Below are positions 35,972 to 40,173 of a stretch of 40,173 nt of DNA, in pieces. The translations under genes and the position numbers were made by a program. Within the stretch, counting starts at the first letter, position 1; the number at the start of each line of letters is the position of its first letter. The notes under the pieces are model-generated. The model was not told the DNA's origin. It searched no databases and worked only from the letters and a program-made list of their open reading frames with translations. Location: the sequence record SRR22947725_471. One strand, 5' to 3'.

Positions 35972-36279
35972 TAATTGCTCACGGCATCAAGTACATATTT
36001 CGAGAGAGATTTTACTGTTCTAAAAGGAGATCTTGCCTTAGACATAATCGAGTCGTTAGCAAGTGAAATAGCTACATCATACTCCTCATCAAGTCGTTCT
36101 TCTAAATCAGACAACAGTATCACTACATCCATACTATCGAGAATACCATTACTTCCAAAAAGTCTTGTATCACTGTTTGCATTAAGTATGGTTAATTTTT
36201 TTTCGTCTTCTGTATCTTCGTCAATTAAGCCATTAAGCGCTTCTACAATTATCTTAATAGATTTATCTTCATCAAGCAT
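35971..36279 (-). CDS. Acyl carrier protein-like (phosphopantetheine site Ser49)
   Basis: Acidic 102-aa protein with LFG..GILDSMDVV.L..DLEE; strong RBS AAGGAG at 36286-36291. Confidence 0.8.
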   Translation of the reverse strand: MLDEDKSIKIIVEALNGLIDEDTEDEKKLTILNANSDTRLFGSNGILDSMDVVILLSDLEERLDEEYDVAISLANDSIMSKARSPFRTVKSLSKYVLDAVSN

Positions 36280-36305
36280 AATTTTCTCCTTTAATTAAAT
36301 AAGGG

Positions 36306-36314
36306 ATTTTATCA
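36306..36314 (-). promoter_or_regulatory. Candidate extended -10 promoter (TGaTAAAAT) for the ACP-SDR-ligase cassette
   Basis: Lies in a 98-nt intergenic gap, 14 nt upstream of the AAGGAG RBS. Confidence 0.35.
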
Positions 36315-36377
36315 GAATTTCATATTTAGTTCAGCTTTAACTAGGTTTATAACTGGAGTTTTTTGAGTAAAACTTTC

Positions 36378-37076
36378 TTAAACTTGATCTTGAAAATTTT
36401 TTACAGCTTTTGCAAAATTTAGATCGTCATAGTCATCTATGTCAACAGCACTAATCCAATTTATTTCTTCAAATTTGTAGTTATTTCCATAAAAAGTATC
36501 AGAATTTTTAAGTTCTTTTCCCTTTGCTATCCAAATAGATCCAGTCGGACAAAATAAATCATCTAAATCCTGTGATCTTTGAAACTGAGCATCTGGAAAC
36601 ATTGATTCGTGTCCACCACTGTCATTAAATTTAAATGCCCACCATGGGTTCATCCATCCAAATTTAAAACAGCTAATCTGGAAATCTCTTTTATTTTGAA
36701 TAAACGCATTCATAGAGTTAACTATATCAGAGCTATTTCTTAGTGGACAGTTAGCCATTAATTGAACAACACAATCAAATTCTTCGTCCCAGTATTCTTC
36801 TGCCTGTTTTAAAGCATCACATGTTGCTACACTGACTGGTGTAATATCATCAGAAAAACTTCTTCTTAAAAAAGGCACTTCAGCGCCAAAGCTCTTAGAA
36901 ATTTCTGCTATATCTTTACAGTCTGTTGACACCAAAACTTTAGAAAAAACATTTGAATCAATCGCTGCCTCTATTGTCCAAGCAATCATAGGCTTGCCAT
37001 CAAAATCTAAGATATTTTTTTTTGGCACTCTTTTTGACCCGCCTCTAGCTGGAATTATAGCTATGTTATTTACCAT
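36378..37076 (-). CDS. CMP-nonulosonic acid synthetase (acylneuraminate cytidylyltransferase, NeuA/PseF/LegF family); likely start ATG 37076
   Basis: Motifs IIPARGGSKRVPKKN, VSTD, GAEVPFLR, PLR and VDIDDYDD. Confidence 0.92.
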   Translation of the reverse strand: MVNNIAIIPARGGSKRVPKKNILDFDGKPMIAWTIEAAIDSNVFSKVLVSTDCKDIAEISKSFGAEVPFLRRSFSDDITPVSVATCDALKQAEEYWDEEFDCVVQLMANCPLRNSSDIVNSMNAFIQNKRDFQISCFKFGWMNPWWAFKFNDSGGHESMFPDAQFQRSQDLDDLFCPTGSIWIAKGKELKNSDTFYGNNYKFEEINWISAVDIDDYDDLNFAKAVKNFQDQV

Positions 37077-37828
37077 ATTGTCCAACCCCCATCAGCTGAA
37101 ATAATTTCCCCAGTAATTGATGAACTTGAATCAGATAAAAGAAATTCCAAAGGCCCCACAACCTCATCTTCTCTTAGCATTCTTCCAAGAGGTGTAAGTT
37201 TTGAATATCTATTTTGGAATTCATTATCTACTCTTCCATCAACACCTCCAAAAGCAATGCAATTAACTCTGATTTTAGAATGAGAAAGCCTTACTGCTAA
37301 TTCTTTAGTAAGATGGTGAAGAGCTGATTTAGCAAGACTATATTGAATTGGGCTATTAGTTAAATCATTTTCATATAATTCAGGGTTAACTGCCACATTT
37401 CCATACTGGGAACCGATATTAATTATCGTTTTTAGAAATTGCTTTTGGGCTAAATGTAGTTTTATAGAAAGTTCGTAAGGTACTGCAACATGCATAACAT
37501 ATTCCATCATCAAATCTCCTCTGTCTGAAAAACCATTTTCATTGACTTTTAAGCTTTTAAGAGATCTTGCATTATTAACGAGATGATTAACTTTAATTTT
37601 TTTTGTTTCTATTTCTTCTAATAACTCATCAATTGCCTCAGGTGCACTTAAATCAATTTTTATGAAATCAAATTGATTTTTGTTGTCTAATTGATCTCGC
37701 AAATCTTCGGCTTTTTTATTATCTGTGGTTGTTACTAGAACCCTGTATCCCTTTTTTAATAAGTGTTTTGTAAAACATTTTCCTAGCTTACCTGTGCCAC
37801 CAGTAATAAGAACGCATTCATCTTTCAT
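37070..37828 (-). CDS. SDR oxidoreductase (PtmA-like, nonulosonate-cluster type)
   Basis: Motifs ITGGTGKLG, VNNA, NIGSQYG, YSLAKSAL..LTKELA, IRVNCIAFGGV and DGGWTIW. Confidence 0.85.
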   Translation of the reverse strand: MKDECVLITGGTGKLGKCFTKHLLKKGYRVLVTTTDNKKAEDLRDQLDNKNQFDFIKIDLSAPEAIDELLEEIETKKIKVNHLVNNARSLKSLKVNENGFSDRGDLMMEYVMHVAVPYELSIKLHLAQKQFLKTIINIGSQYGNVAVNPELYENDLTNSPIQYSLAKSALHHLTKELAVRLSHSKIRVNCIAFGGVDGRVDNEFQNRYSKLTPLGRMLREDEVVGPLEFLLSDSSSSITGEIISADGGWTIW

Positions 37829-38721
37829 GTTTTCATACCTTGCTCAATTATATTAACTACCTTTTCATTATACTTATATGGAGAATTACAATCATTATTT
37901 CTGATTCCGTTAATAAAGTCTTGCAACGCATTTTTAAAAGCATTGAATGAATCAGAAAATATTAATTCCTGTGAACCTAGTTTACCAAAAACTTTAATCT
38001 TAATTGGTTCATTGATATTTCCTAAAGATGAAAAAATAGTCTCCACTCGGCTTTTCCATTTTACCTCTAGTCTTGTTTGTTCAATTGAGCTATCTAATTT
38101 TTTATAAAATATAGGATAATCACTTTCATCAAGAATATTAATTACGGGCTCAATTATATGGACTGCATATTTTTCCCATGATTTTGGAGTAGATGCTTCA
38201 ATTGAAATAATCTTCCCTAATTTTGATTTATCAGCATCTGATAGTATTAACTCTGAACTATATCTTAAAGCAGAACAAGTAAATATTTGTCCTTCGTATT
38301 GCTCAAGCTTATATAAATCTTTTAAGCATTGGGCCGATAATGCTATAGGCTTGTCTATATATATTGGCATACCTGATTCCAAAAAAATCTTAGCGTATTT
38401 AATGTGGTTTTCAGCATCATCTCTAGCAAGAAGAATTGCGTCATTATATTCAATCATTTCTGAAATATTAGATAAAGGGTTAGTAATTAAAGAGGCTTTT
38501 GCAATATGAGAAGTCAGTTCTTTATTTTGAGTCCAAACAGATGTTACACGAGCATCTTTAATCTGATCATTTGGCCAATTTTGTTTTTTTAAGTACTCTG
38601 GTATTACGGGATATCCACATTCTTTCATTACATCATGGTCATATCCGTTAAAAATCGCGCTCCATGAATAAGGATGACCGTTACCCTCTGACAATCCAAT
38701 AATTCCTAATTTTATAGTCAT
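37825..38721 (-). CDS. Gfo/Idh/MocA-like oxidoreductase; likely start ATG 38721 (ATGA overlap)
   Basis: Motifs LGIIGLSEGNGHPYSWSAI, IYIDKPIA, CSALRYS and YAVH. Confidence 0.8.
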   Translation of the reverse strand: MTIKLGIIGLSEGNGHPYSWSAIFNGYDHDVMKECGYPVIPEYLKKQNWPNDQIKDARVTSVWTQNKELTSHIAKASLITNPLSNISEMIEYNDAILLARDDAENHIKYAKIFLESGMPIYIDKPIALSAQCLKDLYKLEQYEGQIFTCSALRYSSELILSDADKSKLGKIISIEASTPKSWEKYAVHIIEPVINILDESDYPIFYKKLDSSIEQTRLEVKWKSRVETIFSSLGNINEPIKIKVFGKLGSQELIFSDSFNAFKNALQDFINGIRNNDCNSPYKYNEKVVNIIEQGMKT

Positions 38722-39587
38722 AGTTTCCAGCAAGATGGATTTAATAAAAATTTATCATTTGAAAAAAGTTCATTAGGAATTATTAGTTTTTCTAATTTTG
38801 AAGAAAATATATCAATAATTTCTTTTAGCTGCTCACACGAATCAATTCCTATAATAACGTTATCTATAGAATCTTGACTCAATACAAATCTAATACATAC
38901 TTCAAGATTTGATATTTTTTTCTCATAAAGCCATTCATCATATACCTTAAAAAGTTTATTCCATTTTTTAAAATAGGTTGGTCTTTTTGAGGGATCAATT
39001 AAAAGTAAGCCTTGCAAAAAAATAGATCTTGCATGAATTTCTACACCTTTTTTCTTTAATTCATCAGCCCAAAAAGAGTTGATGAGCCGTCTATCAAAAA
39101 TATTTATAGGAGATTGAATAATATCTAATTCGAAGTTTGGAATAATTTTATCAAGATCATCGGGTTCGTAAATTGAAATTCCTATTTTTTCAATAAGTCC
39201 CATTTCTTTAAACTCAGACAAAGTTTCATATATTGCTATGCCATTTTTATTAAGTAAATTTTCAGGTCTATGTAATAAGAGTCCATATAAAGATTTAATC
39301 CCAAGGTCATCTAAAGTATTTTTTAATTTATTAAATATAAAATCTTTGGTATTTTTTTCGTTTGTAGGAATGTCACCAATCTTGGTAACAATATTAAAAT
39401 CTTTTGCTCCAGCCTTGCCTATGCTGAACTCACTATCTCCATAGTCCATTGCTGTATCTAATAAAGATATATTTGAACCTCGAGCAAGATCTAATATTTT
39501 TTTAACTTCTTTTTGGGAAACTTTTCCATAATCATTTGCAATACCATAATTTAATCCAAATTGAGCAGTGCCAATTGCTAACTTCAT
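38718..39587 (-). CDS. Aldo/keto reductase
   Basis: Motifs LAIGTAQFG, LDTA.DYG, TK, LLLH, KIGISIY and ARSIFLQGLL. Confidence 0.9.
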   Translation of the reverse strand: MKLAIGTAQFGLNYGIANDYGKVSQKEVKKILDLARGSNISLLDTAMDYGDSEFSIGKAGAKDFNIVTKIGDIPTNEKNTKDFIFNKLKNTLDDLGIKSLYGLLLHRPENLLNKNGIAIYETLSEFKEMGLIEKIGISIYEPDDLDKIIPNFELDIIQSPINIFDRRLINSFWADELKKKGVEIHARSIFLQGLLLIDPSKRPTYFKKWNKLFKVYDEWLYEKKISNLEVCIRFVLSQDSIDNVIIGIDSCEQLKEIIDIFSSKLEKLIIPNELFSNDKFLLNPSCWKL

Positions 39588-40173
39588 TTCGACAATATTT
39601 TTTTAATATTTGAAATTACAGTATCTTGTTGATCAGTTGTCATTGTTGGAAACATAGGAATAGATATGGCTTGTTGATAATAAGCATTAGAATTTGGAAA
39701 GTCTTTCATTGAAAAACCCATGTTTGAATAATACGGCTGAATAGGAACAGGAATATAATGTAGCTGAACACCAATATTATTTTTTCTTAGAGATTCAAAT
39801 ACTTCTTTATGTGTTAATGAAATTTTATCCAATTTTAATCTTATTACATACAAATGCCGGCTAGAATAATTTAAATGATCTTGATGTGGAGTTTGAATTG
39901 GTAAATCTTTTAGAAGATTGTCATAGCGATCTGCAAGAATATTTCTTTGCTCCACATACTTATCAAGTCTATCCATTTGACTTATGCCAAGTGCTGCTTG
40001 AATGTCTGTAATTCTGTAATTTAAGCCCAAATCGTGTTGTTCATAATACCAAGGTCCATGAGAGATATTATTCATGAGATTTTCATCTCTAGTTATTCCA
40101 TGACTTCTTAATCTTTCAATTTTAGAAGCAATATCATCATTGTTTGTAAGTGCCATGCCTCCCTCACCAGTTG
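39584..40173 (-). CDS. pseC: UDP-4-amino-4,6-dideoxy-N-acetyl-beta-L-altrosamine transaminase-like (C-terminal part; start lies outside the window)
   Basis: Frame open to the window end (..TGEGGM). RLRSHGITRD...PWYYEQ..LG.NYR.TDIQAALG.SQ and IGVQLHYIPV are typical of PseC. Confidence 0.8.
   Translation of the reverse strand, partial: TGEGGMALTNNDDIASKIERLRSHGITRDENLMNNISHGPWYYEQHDLGLNYRITDIQAALGISQMDRLDKYVEQRNILADRYDNLLKDLPIQTPHQDHLNYSSRHLYVIRLKLDKISLTHKEVFESLRKNNIGVQLHYIPVPIQPYYSNMGFSMKDFPNSNAYYQQAISIPMFPTMTTDQQDTVISNIKKILSK

Noticed and set aside
33955-36279. Stand-alone NRPS/PKS secondary-metabolite cluster
   Set aside because: No condensation, ketosynthase or thioesterase domains. The context is glycan tailoring.
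17-39444. About 27 short plus-strand ORFs (60-107 aa) and the nested minus-strand ORF 32308-32505 in the track
   Set aside because: All lie antisense to or inside well-supported genes and have no motifs. They are typical shadow ORFs.
1-40173. IS elements, integrase, CRISPR array, ops/JUMPstart element, poly-G/C phase-variation tracts
   Set aside because: None seen by eye. Intergenic gaps are too short, and the poly-A/T runs are mostly explained by Lys/Phe codons in low-GC DNA.

Overview
Low-GC, very compact bacterial chromosome segment with every supported gene on the minus strand. The ribosomal protein sequences and the streamlining suggest a marine gammaproteobacterium, possibly SAR86-like (inference only). 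About 35 kb (4578-40173) is a Wzx/Wzy-type surface-polysaccharide island. In transcription order it holds: pseC; an AKR-Gfo/Idh/MocA-SDR-CMP-nonulosonate synthetase block; an ACP-ketoreductase-adenylating ligase cassette; a Gfo/DegT pair; a flippase; two N-acetyl-sugar amidotransferases flanking HisH/HisF paralogs; GNAT and OafA acyltransferases; two more DegT proteins; a polymerase; GT4 glycosyltransferases; AsnB; a bi-domain oxidoreductase plus a heparinase-like protein; wecB/wecC; a second nucleotide-sugar dehydrogenase; an epimerase; a small phosphoglycosyl transferase; a nucleotidyltransferase-cupin fusion; and a divergent PdxH. It runs into infC-rpmI-rplT-pheS-pheT and then an SLBB/Wza-like export gene. 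Main oddities: (1) both PheRS subunits are minimised, and pheS is in frame with rplT across a single TAG; (2) the priming transferase has Asn in place of the catalytic Asp; (3) one amidotransferase paralog has a degenerate ATP loop; (4) there is a carrier-protein acylation cassette; (5) a candidate nonulosonate epimerisation module follows pseC. No rRNA, tRNA, CRISPR array or mobile element was recognised.
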